Shown: positions 1 through 13,490, counted from the first letter of the whole stretch. The stretch: 63,797 nucleotides of DNA, filler included, from Lenisia limosa (GCA_001655205.1; 4 parts of 4 records of this genome joined end to end with filler, not necessarily neighbours in it), one strand, 5' to 3'. Made by a program: numbers and translations. The notes: generated from the sequence alone by a model not told the origin.

Positions 1-3000
1 CTCTCCCTCAGGTGAAGCATCACACTGCTGAACATAGGAGCCGTTGATTTGGACGTAGTAACAGCCGTCATTTGGACAAGGCAGGGCAGTGCCGTTCATA
101 TTCGTCATGCATCCCGAGGAACATTCGGTCTGGATTGACCCGTTCCAGGTCTGAAGGTATCAAAATGGCCATATGCAACATGGTCAATGATATGGCTGCT
201 TTACCTGGTAGTGGCAGTCTAGGTTGAGACAAGGCAGCGTGAAGTTGTCATGCACTGTGGTGCAACTGTCACAGAGTACAACGCTGGAGTTGACGTAGCT
301 GACACACGGCAACGCATCACAGGGGATGTTTGTGACCCCAGCGTTGAAATGGCACGTGGAGTTGCCACCAGTTGAGTTGGAAGCTAGGGAGGGTAAGTAA
401 ATGACAAAGTAATTATACAAATTGAGCCTGTTTAATGCACCCCACCTCTCTCCATGCGCTGCACGAAGCCTGCGATATTTTGCCTCATTTCGTCGATGTC
501 ACCTGGGTTCGTGAGTTATCATCAATACCTATGCCAGATTCCTTTCTTGTTCGACAAAATATACCCCAAGGCATCTCCCTCATACGAGCTGTGGAACTAG
601 CGTCTTCCGAAGAGTAGTAGGCGTTGGCGAAGGCTAAAAATGTCATAAAACAGCTGCAGTGAACACTTTTGACTTTGAGTTGACATATTGTTGGTCAATA
701 GTGCGAAAATAAGAACGTATGTACAATACCCACGGATGGTATCATTGATCAGTCGAGCGTTTTGAGTGATATCGAGACGGCCGTTGATGACGAAACCTTC
801 ATGGAGCCCCTTCATCTGAATGGTGTCAGTAAAGCTCCATATGCCGTAAGTTGATGAGTAAGGTCATTATCGAGACTGGGGAGGGGATAAGGCATGACGT
901 CTCACAAATCAACGCAACATTGAAGGTCAAATATGTACAACGCCATTGAAGGTCAAATATGATCCCAATCATTATGGTGTGTTCGGTCTTAACAAAAGCC
1001 CCGTTAGCAAACCGGTCCGTTGAGGTAGTACGATGCTCCGGCAGCAACTGTAAGAGAAGGTGGGAATACAGCGTAACCAGAGTACGTGAACACCATGGGA
1101 ACCGAGACAGTATCTACGAAATTATCGATGGTTTTTATCTAAAAACAGATGAGATGAAAAAAACTAGGCACCCCTCAAAAAAGCAGTTATTGAGGCTTGT
1201 ATAATATTTCCTCTCCATAAATCACGTTAGTATTGCGCTGCATACTGGTGTCAAGCTTGGTGAGATCCAATCCATCAGCATTAGGGTCGGTCATATGGTT
1301 GTAGACGGTAACTCTGGAGTTGTCGGACGCTGGACCAACGACACCAACCAGGCTAACAGAGTCATGGAGGAAGACCGTAATGTCTTTTTTCAAGTTCCTT
1401 TCATTTTGAAGTAACATTTGCTTACACATTACTTGTGAAGGGCGTGGTGACGGACGTTCCATTAAATTGGAAGGTGTCTGATGTGTAAACAAGAACGGGA
1501 GAATAAAATTGAGCAGAGCCCCCCCCCCTCATACGCTCAGTTCTGCCGGTTGGGAGCACCACGGGCGAATTGACCACTCGTAGATACTGTAGAGTGAAAC
1601 ACATAAAGCTGAGTGCCCAATGTCCGAAACTCAGAAAACACACCGTTATGCTCGGTATTTTTTTTTACTTTATTTCTTGACGTTGAAGAACAAATGTTGG
1701 AGAATTCACAGTAGTACCCCCCCCCCNNNNNNNNNNNNNNNNNNNNNNNNNNNNNNNNNNNNNNNNNNNNNNNNNNNNNNNNNNNNNNNNNNNNNNNNNN
1801 NNNNNNNNNNNNNNNNNNNNNNNNNNNNNNNNNNNNCAAACGATGGAACAATATCAAAAAAGAAACTGATGGTGTGATAACATGGTTAAGACATGTCAGA
1901 AATGTTAACTTTCAATCATCACAAGCCAATAATTGTTCTGCCTATTCCTAATGCATACCAAGCTTTTTGTCGTGTCAATGGGAAGGAAGCCTGCAGCCCC
2001 ACTAGGATATTAAAAATGGGTTTCATTCAACATATGTTTTGCCGTAAAATGTGCAAGTAGGTGCCCATGATAGCCTAATGATATCATATACCTAGTTGCA
2101 CATACATCCGCATTTCATCGTAATGTACTTATGAAATAGATATCGAGAGCTAACGTTCCGGTGATCTCAACTTGGCTTGGGCGAGTGGCCTTGACACCCG
2201 CAGCCCCAGAGGCAGCACCAAGACCTGGTGGTTAGAGCTCAGCTTATGTCGAAATGAACTTTTCAATAGAAATCCAAGGACCCACCCGGTGTGACGGTGA
2301 TAGATGAAAGGTCAATTCCAGCTGTGACCGGAGAGCGAAAGATGACCGCTCCTGAACTGTTAAACGGTCCAAACAGAATCGAGGGGGTGCAGAATCTACC
2401 ATATAGTTGCGGACTACAGCCGTTAGCTTACCTCCGGCTCCACCTGAGCCTTTCATGCCACCGCTACCTCCGTGTCCGCCACTTGCCTACTATGGTAATT
2501 TGCAATTGAGTGAGGGAAAGCACAATTGTAGAGTATGCGACCAAGCCCACGTTGATTGTGCCAGTGAACGAGACGGTTCTTCCTTGGATGATGACACTGC
2601 CACCTGGAGAGTAAGTCAAAGTTAACTTCGCGTTAATAGTAATACGAAGAATAAACAATATCAATACTATTTTAACATCCCTGTAGCATACCTCCACCTC
2701 CCCCAGAGCTATAGGTGGCGCCAACTTTGCCGTTTTCTCCCTTGCAGGAGATGCTGAAAAGTGAAATACTGCCAAGACCCCGGGGTACCCGACAACCTGA
2801 AAAGACCTGGCTTAAACAGCTNNNNNNNNNNNNNNNNNNNNNNNNNNNNNNNNNNNNNNNNNNNNNNNNNNNNNNNNNNNNNNNNNNNNNNNNNNNNNNN
2901 NNNNNNNNNNNNNNNNNNNNNNNNNNNNNNNNNNNNNNNNNNNNNNNNNNNNNNNNNNNNNNNNNNNNNNNNNNNNNNNNNAAGCAAGACGCCGCCATCG

Positions 3001-6000
3001 TTGACTGGCGCTCCGGCCCCACCTGTGGCAATGACGTGGCAAGGTAGCAACAGGTTCCGTAACATTTTAGGATACACAGGAGTCAGGCGGCGGAGGGGGT
3101 AATGCCAAGAATAAACAACGGGGAAGAGGAAGGCACATAAAGGGCAGAAGATTTGACGTACCAGGTATGACCGTCCTGAAGGGTTGGAACATAAGGGCGC
3201 TACCCCCGGTGCGTCTTGTTACAATTGGAATGGAGCGGTCCACGCCGCCGGAGCCGAACCCTCCCGCACCTCCTAAGGGAGGAGGGGTATCAGCCCAAAA
3301 AGCTCAAGTTTAGGAGTGTATCCAGGTTGCGTTAAATCGATGTGGTAATCTGTGCGTTGTATACAAGAATTTCGGGATTTCTTTTGTTACCTCCGCAAAC
3401 CAGCTCCTCCGACTGAAGAGCGGAGCTTCTTTGACCCCGCATTGATCGCATTGGAACTCTGTGAAGAGAAACATGAGGATATTGCCGTATGTGTTCACTG
3501 ATATAAACAAAAAATATTGATCTGCAAATCAAAGCACCCTGCCAACGCTGCCTGGCTGGAACGCCGACATGCCTTTGCCATCTCCGATGATTGAACCCGA
3601 AACTGTCATGGTGTTTCGCGCAGATATCTCCACTCGACCCAGAATCATCACCTGCGTTGTAACAACTTCAAACCAGACAGTCAGGTAAGATATTGGTGTT
3701 ATCCATTTGCCACGACCCCACAGTTCCTTGGATGTTCACGTTCTGGAACACCTTGACTCCGTCACCGTAGTACATCGAATAGGGGTCCTGCATCGTCAGT
3801 CAGAATGGGACATTGTAATGACAGCAACATTGACTAACCTCGTAAGTTGCAAGGTCCTCGATGTTTCCGCCTTTGAAGGCGCAAGTCTTGCCAGCAGGAA
3901 CCGAAAGATCGCCCCCTGTTCATGTTAAAGGGAACCAGGCAAGGGTGTGATCACTCAATTTCGTTTTTTATGTACTAGATAAATCATACAGTCTTTCATT
4001 AGGTCAGAGGGATGACATATAAAAGAAGGTAGTATCTAGCCGAAGCCGTCCACCGTCACACTTATAAAACAAGGTAGTATCTAGCCGAAGCCGACCACCA
4101 TCACACTTATCAGAGATATGAATAACACATATATAGACTGCAGACTGCCCCCCCCCCCATCGTACCAGCTGAATAAATTGAGCAGTCGCAATACCCGTCG
4201 GTTGTATAGGTTGCATTGGGTGAGGCTGTTAGTAAGAACAGAGTACTGCATATCATATGTCACATTGCCACCACCCTTCCATGAACCGCCTACTGGTGCA
4301 AATACCATTGCAGTCGTATTGGGGGGTCCCACACTGACCGCACACGTTTTTTGGTTCGCCTAAGATGGTGATTGGCAATGGCGGTGTCATGAGTACTCAG
4401 TAAACACAGCATTAGGCGCCACATAGCCCCCTCACCACCAAGCATGCCATCACACGACTCCGAAGGTGTGAGACACGTGCGACAGCCAAGAGGGGTCGAC
4501 GAATTGTTGATCTAAAAAGGTAAACATAACAAAGAATAGCCCGAATGGCAGAACCCGAAAACCCCCGTACTGAGGAGAAAATATGGTCCCTGTTAACCGA
4601 ACAACAAAGACTGTCAAGACCTGACAAGTCTAATTCCCATTCAACTTCAACCTAAAGCATCAAGACAATCCAGCTTTAATCACATAAAACAAAGCTTGAA
4701 ATATCAGACATACTGGATAGTTGACGGCCATGTCAGTGATCTTGGGTGTGTCAATGATGACAAGACTTGACATGGTGATGTTGTTCCAAATATTGTTGAA
4801 TACCGGCACCGTCCTACAGTCGATCACAAATGAGGGTTCAGATTCAATGGAAAAGTAGTTTGATAATTCACTGATAAATATATATTCACGTTATCTGCTT
4901 TTCATTGACAGAAGCAATTCCTCCTAACAGGAGGAAAGACATAAGAAATCGCCCAAGAAATCGCCCAAAACATGATAACCGGTGGGCTCCAACCTTAGGC
5001 TGGGCAAGTTAATTAGGAAAACAGTGTTCCAGGTGGTGGCAGCAACAGTCAAGGAGTCAAGGTCAGCATTGTTCTCGAGATGGAGGGAGTGGGGCTGAAT
5101 TGGTAAGTTTGAAGGCTGCTGGGACAGAACGCCTACTTCATTATCATTGTGCTGCCAGTACAGGTTTTGTATCCCGGTGTTGTTCATCAGAAGGTAGCCA
5201 AGATTCTACACCCGTTAATCAAGACACACCCGTTAATCAAGGCACGGTGTCACTTCAGTTTGGATGAAATGTCAAAAGAGAACCACTTACTGTGGAAAGT
5301 CCACCCTGACTCCTACCGTCGGACTTAAGGAAACGTAGGTGAGCTTGGGAAGGCCAATTAGATGAACTGTTTGATGAATACCATCAGCAGAGAAATATGA
5401 AGTGTTACAGGATTAATTCTCTGTCAAACCTGTCAAACCTTCTCATTTAAAAAATATTTATATATTATACATTTTAATATATTGATATATGTATGTTAAA
5501 AAAAGTATCAATAGTTGACACATACTCTCTTGGTAGGTGCTATCCGGGATATTGAAATTGGTCAGACTTGGGCAGTTCTCGACAATGAAGGTGCTACCTG
5601 TGAGGATGTGATATCAAAATCAGAGGAAACATTTAACAATGCACCCAGCCAACGCTGTTTAATTAAAAGGAAACCGTAAATGGCAGTGAGGTCAACGTTG
5701 TTCCGGATCTCAACCTAAGGCATTACACAGAACATTTCCAAGAGCAAACCGTCATTCGGCGTGACTTGGTGACTCCATCATTATTGCGGAGCATGTTGAT
5801 GGTTTTGAGGCCTGCAGGATGAACATGTCTATAAAGGGGGGAGAGGGAGGACCTCACCCCCTCGAGAAATGGACACAGAAGAATGATAAGTAGTGCAATT
5901 GTGCATTATAGTATATGCTCATATATTCAGAGCCTACCAGATACATTGTCAAACAAGACGTACGTTACATTCCGCACATAGTCGAAGCCTCCGAACTCTT

Positions 6001-8676
6001 CATTCGAGACAGTGGCATCCACCATTTGGAAAACATCTGAAGGGTAAACTCGTTGGGTTGAAAAGGTTACATTGAAGTAATAATACATATAAGATAATAC
6101 GCTCTCAAAGCAAATACTTCCGTGCCTTTGAGAGGGCACACTGCTCACCAATGTAACGAACGTTGGTGTAGTCCATATATTCAGGAAGGGTTCCTGATAA
6201 GTACATGTTTTGCACGTACTGAAAGGTCAAGTTTTGAGATATAATTAACAAACGCTTGTTTTGCCCTAAACCAAATTTTATTCAAAAAAGCGCACCCTAC
6301 TTTGATCTTATCAATATGATTATGATAGAGACCAACGGAATGCATGAATTTCCAACAATTAACTGTTACCACCCTACAGAGAGCTGATTCAATTGAACGT
6401 TAGTTTGGACGTCAATTAAGCTGAATTCCCCAACATTGCGCGGGTAAATATCTAAGCTGTGAACCGTGTAATGAATTCAACTCAAAGAAAAATAAATGAA
6501 AGTAACACCAAACGCCACAAATAAAACGCCTACTGTATAGATCAGCATTCTGTGGGATGTTTTTCAGAATAAAGAACTCCAAGTCTTGCTCTAAACAGTC
6601 AACAAAGGGTTGGTCTCAGACCAATGAAAGCGGAGACCTTTTGTCAAATACACCAGTCCTCACCGTTCAGTGTGACTGTGTAACCATACTCATCGCGACC
6701 AAACGAAAGGCTGTGGAACAACGGTGCGTTGCTGGGGAGGGGGGGGGGGAGGTGAAAATGGCAACAACAAATCAACTCTCTTGGATAAGCATTTAAGAAA
6801 CACTCAAGGGTTAAAAAAAAAGCCCAAGCCAGTTGCTTTTGCACCACCGAATCCCATCACTCCAGCGTGTGTGTATGCGGGAGCCCTTGCCTACGAAATT
6901 TCAAGACCAGTCAGATTTTGTACCCGCGAGAAGTACAGTGTTTCGAAGGCAGTATTCTCATGAGACTAAAACATGAGTTCATGGAAGGAAACAAAGTCCA
7001 ATAGGAGGAAGCTGCTAAAACAATAAAACCCTTTTTCATTTTATGCCACGCCCACGCGAATACTGATGACTTTGGGCACATTGAGAACGACAGACTAAAC
7101 GGTTAAGCAGAGGATATCTGGTGTTTTGTACAATTATCAACGTAACCAAACGTTACAGCTGATACACAACAATGAAGAGTCTCTCAGGCTCACCTTGAGT
7201 TTGACATTTGATATAAACTCGGCCGTAGTTGACAAATGGACGGGCTGGCTAGCAACAACGTGGTCACCAAATACACGCAAGTCTGTAATGGTGAGATATT
7301 CAGCGAGGGTACCGAAAATTCGTATCAATACCACGTGCCATACCGTCACAACCACGGACATAAATCGTGTTGAAAGCATCAGTATCAACACTGAGGGTCA
7401 CAACCTCAAGTCCCAATACATTCTCAAGATGAAGGTCTACACTTAGGTCAATTCAAGTATCCTAGAAATGAGGTATAATTATACCTTTAGGTTCCCTTGA
7501 TTGCATTATATTAATCTGTAATGATCCCCGAGGAAAGAAAAACTCCAGCTCACTGTGTGCGTTGATTTCAGCCTTGGTTGTTACACTGTTTGAGCAGTTC
7601 CTATGGAGTAATGAGGGAGAACACAGTTATGCATATGACATTCTGTTGAAACAATCGGGTATGCGGTTTAACATAATAAGGAACATTCACAATAGCAGGC
7701 GACAGAATCAGAGGAGCACCAACTTCAAGGAAAAGGAATTGAATCTGCTGGCCTCGAAAACGGAGAGGTCACAGGACGGTACTACAATATGAGAGGCATT
7801 GCAACATTGCACAAAAAAAACGCTTGGATGCAATTAGATCGACTCCTCATACCATTCTCAATTGACATCTCTGAAGCTGAGAAAGAAACAGAGGATGGAG
7901 AGAGGGTATCAACTAAAGTTCACGTTATGGGGAAAGGGACTGTGATGATCCAGGAAATGTGTGAAAAGAAAACAGAAAAATTTTCGTGTTAGAGTTAGAG
8001 TTAGAGGTGATTTAAAGATCGGGAAGAGTCCTCATACAGATATAGGAAGCAGAGTCGGCATTGATGGTGACCAGTGAGACATTGATATCTGAGTGGTGAG
8101 AAGATTAATGGGCGGCAAGAAGCCAAATAACTTGGAGATGGCAAAAGTGACCACTCACTGGAAAGGCGGATTCGGCCTCCATAGAGAGGAATATTGAAAG
8201 TAACTGGTGCTACGATGGTGCCTGAAGAATAACAAACTCTTACAACTCAGGAGTGAAGAATGTTCGGAAAACAGTAGAACAGAATAGTTATTGAAACCAG
8301 GCGGTATTCCACCGAAATGCCCATACCCTTAATAATGAGTTCATCAGCAGAGGAGAGAGAGCTCAGGTTGAAGTCAACTGAAACGTGAGAAAGCCCCAAG
8401 CCATGGCTTGACAAACCTGGCGAGATAGTGATTGTACCATTCACAGAAGCGATTGATTCCAGCTGTGTTATTGCTGAAGCGCCACTCAGAACAACAATAC
8501 TGGAAGAAAACGAAGTACATGATGTGTAATCTGTTGCGTCCGATAAAACTCCTCCAGTACAAACAATAGCCTCTAATTTAAAGGTTATTTAAGATAGTAG
8601 AGAACATACCAGAACCTCCAAAAAATGAAATACAAAACAAGAGCAAAACCGCTCCAATTGAGTAGAAGTTCCTCAT
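1..8676 (-). CDS. Large multi-exon secreted/cell-surface protein: signal peptide, receptor-L/LRR-like repeats, Gly-rich (GGxGG) segments and Cys-rich repeats; runs off the left edge
   Basis: ATG at 8676 reads MRNFYSIGAVLLLFCISFFGGS (signal peptide). Later GT-AG exons read VCTGGVLSDATDYTSCTSFSSSIVVLSGASAITQLESIASVNGTITISP, EEFGGFDYVRNVTYVLFDNVS, STFIVENCPSLTNFNIPDS and VEIRNNVDLTAI (receptor-L-like). Gly-rich exons read SLGGAGGFGSGG, GGGGGGSVIIQGRTVSFTGTINV and GGHGGSGGMKGSGGAG. Cys-rich exons at 1-385 include CHFNAGVTNIPCDALPCVSY and CSSGCMTNMNGTALPCPNDGC. Continuity as a single gene is inferred. Confidence 0.7.
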
Positions 8677-9004
8677 AGCCAGGCAAAAAGCCGCGTTGTG
8701 GCGAACAATGGTCGTTTGCTCAATAACAGAAAAGCCCTAAGTCAATTAAGTATCAAAAATGACCCTGTTGTATTTACGGAGTCATGTCAACGTGTAAACT
8801 ACGTGTAAATAATTTAGCAATTTAAGGGATTTTAACCACAGAAAAAGTATTGTCTCGGAGGTGGTATTTAGTAATTTCCTGAAAATCCAAGACTATTGGT
8901 GTATTGGTGTGTTATCAACTGCTTCATTAATTCAGCAACATGATAAAAATCAATATTTAATGTAAACCACAGGGTATTTAGTGAAATAACGTTGAAACAA
9001 CCAG

Positions 9005-12000
9005 TGTATTCTGCCACGTCATTACCAGTATCTAGTCCAATCCCTAGTCTCCTCCTACCTAATAACCGCTTATAGTAGTAACATATATAAATCAGGAGAT
9101 ACCCTGCCTCTTTTCACTATTCACGCCCAGCACCAGCCAATACCGCATCATTGCCTTTTGAGGTCACTTTACAGTTTCACGACTACCGCGCTGCTGCGTT
9201 TTAACCTCTTAATCAAGTTCTATCTTGTCGAACGGTACAATAAATAAATTTATCATATCACACCGTCCATATATCTGTGAATTTTCCTCTATCTGTGAAA
9301 AAAAGCCAAATGANNNNNNNNNNNNNNNNNNNNNNNNNNNNNNNNNNNNNNNNNNNNNNNNNNNNNNNNNNNNNNNNNNNNNNNNNNNNNNNNNNNNNNN
9401 NNNNNNNNNNNNNNNNNNNNNNNNNNNNNNNNNNNNNNNNNNNNNNNNNNNNNNNNNNNNNNNNNNNNNNNNNNNNNNNNNNNNNNNNNNNNNNNNNNNN
9501 NNNNNNNNNNNNNNNNNNNNNNNNNNNNNNNNNNNNNNNNNNNNNNNNNNTTGATATATCATATTCAGTTGCGAGTTCCATTCTTCTGGGTTCTAACATC
9601 ATGTAACTCTTGCACCGTGGGTTTTCTCACAACAGTTATTAGGTGTTTCGCTGTTCCGCTATTTTGGATTCCACCGATAAGCGACTGTTATAGGACCTCA
9701 ATTGCACAAACTGGACTCTTCACTTGGTTGGGAACTTTGCTTCTAACGTTTTAGTCAAAAAACACCTTTTTTTCAAACTGATAAAACTCTTGACTGCCAA
9801 GACCACTTTCTACGATGCCGAAGTTAGATATTTAGTAAGTATTCGTCACACGGCAGGCATTGTTTGGGAACCCTAGTACATTTTCACTCCAAATTAGAAG
9901 TTGTCGCTTTTGTAATTTGGGCGGTGTGTTTGGGAGGAAGTCGGTCGGGCGGGTGTCGCCGGTTTAGTGAAAATGCACGATCCTGTTTGGCATCATTGCA
10001 AAATTTGAAGGAAGCGTAAGAAAATCAAATTATCTATCAAGAAAAATGGGCATGAAATGCAGTATCCCAAAATAACTTCGTAGAGCTTTTCTTTGGAGGA
10101 CAATAGCTTTAATAACAATCAAGTAACTTCTGATTGTATGGAAACAGGCATTCTTGGAGGTGTGAGTGAATACAAATGCAAGTCTAAATACTTTTTTCAG
10201 GATATACAGGACATTCTGGTACTTTTGAAATGCGCAACAACACGTTCAGTGATATTACCATTTCATATGTAAGTTTATGTTATTATTGCTCTCATGATTT
10301 AGTACTGTGTTATTAAAGCCGAGTCAAGGGCAGGCGTACTGTTAAGTAGCGTTTACAAGAGAGGTTGTGAAATAAACGGATTGGTTATTAGGTTTTTTGG
10401 GGGGTGACCTGTTTAGGTTGCATTGGCAGGGTTTCATGGGAGTGGCTGTGTCTTTGGAGACATTTATCCAGCAACGGTAAGAGGAGAAGTCGTATATATA
10501 TCATATATACCTCGTGTGACCGTTCTTTAGACAGAAACAATAAGCATGCGTATTCTGAAAGTGCAATGTACTCATGTATCCAATTTCAATTCCGACCATA
10601 ATTATGCTTCTGGGTTTTCTGCCCGAGTTCTTAGTTGGAACCTCAATGGTTCTCACCGGCGTATAATGTATAATACTCTGATTCAAATTGATGAAACTTT
10701 CTTTGATGTCATGGTAAGTATAATTTGTTCTATTGTGTCGTTGTTCATAATTCCTAAGCGCATAACTTTCCTCTTTGGTCAGTTCAAATCCGTCATGTTT
10801 CTGGATCATTCCTAACGAGTGCCGGAGGAGTCGTAAGCTGGTTGAGCAGAAGTATGGACTCTGGTGAAAATGTTCTAAAGATTAGCAATGTGAAGGTTTG
10901 TTGGGGTTTTTTATCTTTTAGTTTTAGATGAACCTCTGGGTGAATGGTGAAACAATTGATAAAAGTGTCTGTGTTGTCGGCTCAATAAGCAAAGCTACCA
11001 TAAATGTTAGTGTTAATTTCTCCACACAGGTACCTTATATCTTAGGTGAAAACATTTGAGTGCACAATACAGTCGTACTTAGGAAATCAAGTAAGTCGGT
11101 CAATAATTATTCATTAATAAACATGGAATATCTTAAGAATTAATTTCAAAAATGTTGTGATATACTGTGTGGTTGTATATCACTCCATCCAGTTAGCTGG
11201 TTTCCTTATGAGTACACAATTCGACACCAGGACAACAGCAATTCTCGGCTTGGGGGTCTATTAATTGCGAAGCTGGTCTGGTTGCCTATAAAACGACAAA
11301 TGAGTTGAACATTGAGGCCCTTGAGTTCAAGGATTTCTCAACGGGCGCGGTTACTTTCAAACTTGATAATGTATTCCCGGGTGATCATATTTCGGGAGTC
11401 CTGGTCGGTGCGCTGGATCAAACTTTGTCAATGTTCAACAGTTACCTTGTTGCCAATCCACAGATTCCATTAATTGGGTGGGGAAGCATGCGCAGTTGTT
11501 TGACTTTTCAGCTGGTCCTTGAGGATCTATTACTCAGCATTGTTCCTTGACGGTTTCCAAATATGCTCACCGGATTCGAATATCGTTAATCTCGTTAGCC
11601 CGTAAGTGATCGTGATTCGTTTCCACTCATACTCCTCACAATATTGGAGCTTCTGGGTTTGACTCGACTTTGAATGTTTTGTTGGGCAGGATATTTTACT
11701 AACACTGACGAATAGAGCACAGGGTGTGAAAGTAAGACGCCACCACATTTGTCACTGCTGTAGGTTATGAGCTATGATAATGACACCAAGGAAAGAAGCA
11801 CAAGTTGTGTAATAAGAGAGGTGAACTTGACACATCAATATTCTCACTTGTTTATTCTTTTATGTGTTTTGACGAGAGTAATGAATGATTAGGGCTTCAC
11901 TTTGGTTCAAAAAAATCTGAATTTCTCGATGAATCCTCGAAAATTATCGATATTTAAGCGGTCTTTTTCGAACCGAAGTGAAGCCCTTGTAATGACTTAC

Positions 12001-12848
12001 ATAGGCTTCTGTTGATTGAAAAGGAAACTGAAACAATCCATTTTTAGATTAGAGGATTTCTCAAAATATCTATTTTTGGACCACAGAAGACATTTGATCT
12101 AATATAGTAATTTATATTACATATTAGTATATGATATATTGTATGATATGATATAGTTATGTTGAATAAATAGCTTTGTCATGAGAAGCACAAGACCATA
12201 TAATATATAATATTCCTGTCTCAAGAACGCCCTCTAACCATCAGAACTATTTGAATTTGGATCTTTTGAAACTCAAGTTGGATTTGGGTAGGGAAGTTAT
12301 CATGATAATTTTAAGACTACATGCGACCACAACCCCCGGCTCTTAATAGTATCGCTGTAGAGCACTCAATGCAGCGACTCTATCACATGTGAACGGTAAG
12401 CTAATTACCTCTCTTCCAAAAACATATTGTAATTTGATCCTTAAAACCAGCCCCTGCCTACATGGCCAACTCTATTCCCGAGGAAATTGCGACGGTATGC
12501 TTGGGCTAACAAAGGACAAGTAATTATATCTGTTGCTATTCTATTTCTTGCACCTCAAATCACACCCCACTGAGTGTACAATAAAAGTGAGCGGGACATT
12601 ACCGAGTTGCTGCTATTACGATCACATTTACTTGTTTTTGGATCTTAATTCTAATTCAAACGTTCACATCATCACACATTGATGGGACTCCTATCAACTA
12701 TTTGTCTGATGGTTCATGGCCAGCTATCACGGTTTAATCGAATTACGAATAGTAGTAATGTAGTGTATGTAGTTCTATTCTCGTGTATTCATAGCAGACT
12801 CCTTCTTCAAGTATCAATTATAATACAGGCCACGGGGCACGTTGCTAA
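9005..12848 (+). CDS. Uncharacterised multi-exon gene, probably extracellular (beta-helix-like segments plus a Cys-rich part); ends uncertain
   Basis: A chain of GT-AG-bounded open exons: SFSLEDNSFNNNQVTSD (~10084), GYTGHSGTFEMRNNTFSDITISY (~10201), VALAGFHGSGCVFGDIYPAT, VQIRHVSGSFLTSAGGVVSWLSRSMDSGENVLKISN, MNLWVNGETIDKSVCVVGSISKATIN, TFKLDNVFPGDHISGVLVGALDQT and STQCSDSITCERPCLHGQLYSRGNCD (~12360-12495). No family recognised. Confidence 0.5.
11890..11988. mobile_element. ~100-bp hAT-type MITE copy (intronic)
   Basis: Starts TAGGGCTTCACTTTGGTTCAAAAAA and ends TCTTTTTCGAACCGAAGTGAAGCCCTT (~25-bp imperfect TIR). Interior resembles the copies at 46226, 56847 and 59251. Flanks tgaatgat/gtaatgac form a decayed 8-bp TSD. 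Confidence 0.8.
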
Positions 12849-13109
12849 TTAGTCGAACGGTAGCGGAATTGGTCGAACCTTCTTTATTTGGCAAGTTCTA
12901 GTCATTTTCTCTTCTTTTGTCCTCCCTTTTTTTGAAAAAAAAAAAATGTTGAAAAAANNNNNNNNNNNNNNNNNNNNNNNNNNNNNNNNNNNNNNNNNNN
13001 NNNNNNNNNNNNNNNNNNNNNNNNNNNNNNNNNNNNNNNNNNNNNNNNNNNNNNTCGACTAATAAGAAACATGGCCCGTCCACTTTGACTCAACTTGATA
13101 CAATAAATT

Positions 13110-13490
13110 TACTAGTATAACTATGATTTGAGCAGTGCAAATTGTGATCGCACAAAACCAACCAAACCATATAATATGATATATGGAATATGATGCCTTG
13201 TATTAAATGAACACGTTCCACTGTGACTCAGCTTGGAATCTGGTACATATCGAGTATATTAGTATTACTTTAATTTGAGAAAAAACTGTCCGGATGAGGG
13301 GCGAACTGTGATCGATCGCACATAAGCTCACAATTGCCAAACATACACGGAATATGATGCCTTGTATCAAGTATCAATAAAATTAAACACGTCCCCCATT
13401 ATATGATATTTTACTACTATTTTCAATTTGTCAATTATGATTTGAGCAAAAACTGTCAGAATGAGCGTGACAACTGAGATCGCAGTACAA
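13110..13490. repeat. Degenerate ~160-bp tandem duplication (about 2.5 units) downstream of enkurin
   Basis: Recurring blocks at similar spacing: tatgatttgagca (13122, 13436), ggaatatgatgccttgtat (~13185, ~13349), aaaaactgtc (~13281, ~13448) and tgtgatcg/tgagatcg. Confidence 0.55.

Noticed and set aside
7988-8006. (TTAGAG)3 as an interstitial telomere
   Set aside because: Only three units inside an intron and not a canonical telomeric repeat; compatible with ordinary slippage.
8890-9060. Minus-strand open stretch containing GNDVAEYTG as a SET-domain fragment
   Set aside because: Only a short motif resemblance, with no NHSC or ELxFDY motif nearby and no supporting exon chain.
10501-10809. 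Minus-strand 102-aa ORF as a transposase or independent gene
   Set aside because: It has no recognisable motif, and the plus strand carries a consistent chain of GT-AG exons through this interval.
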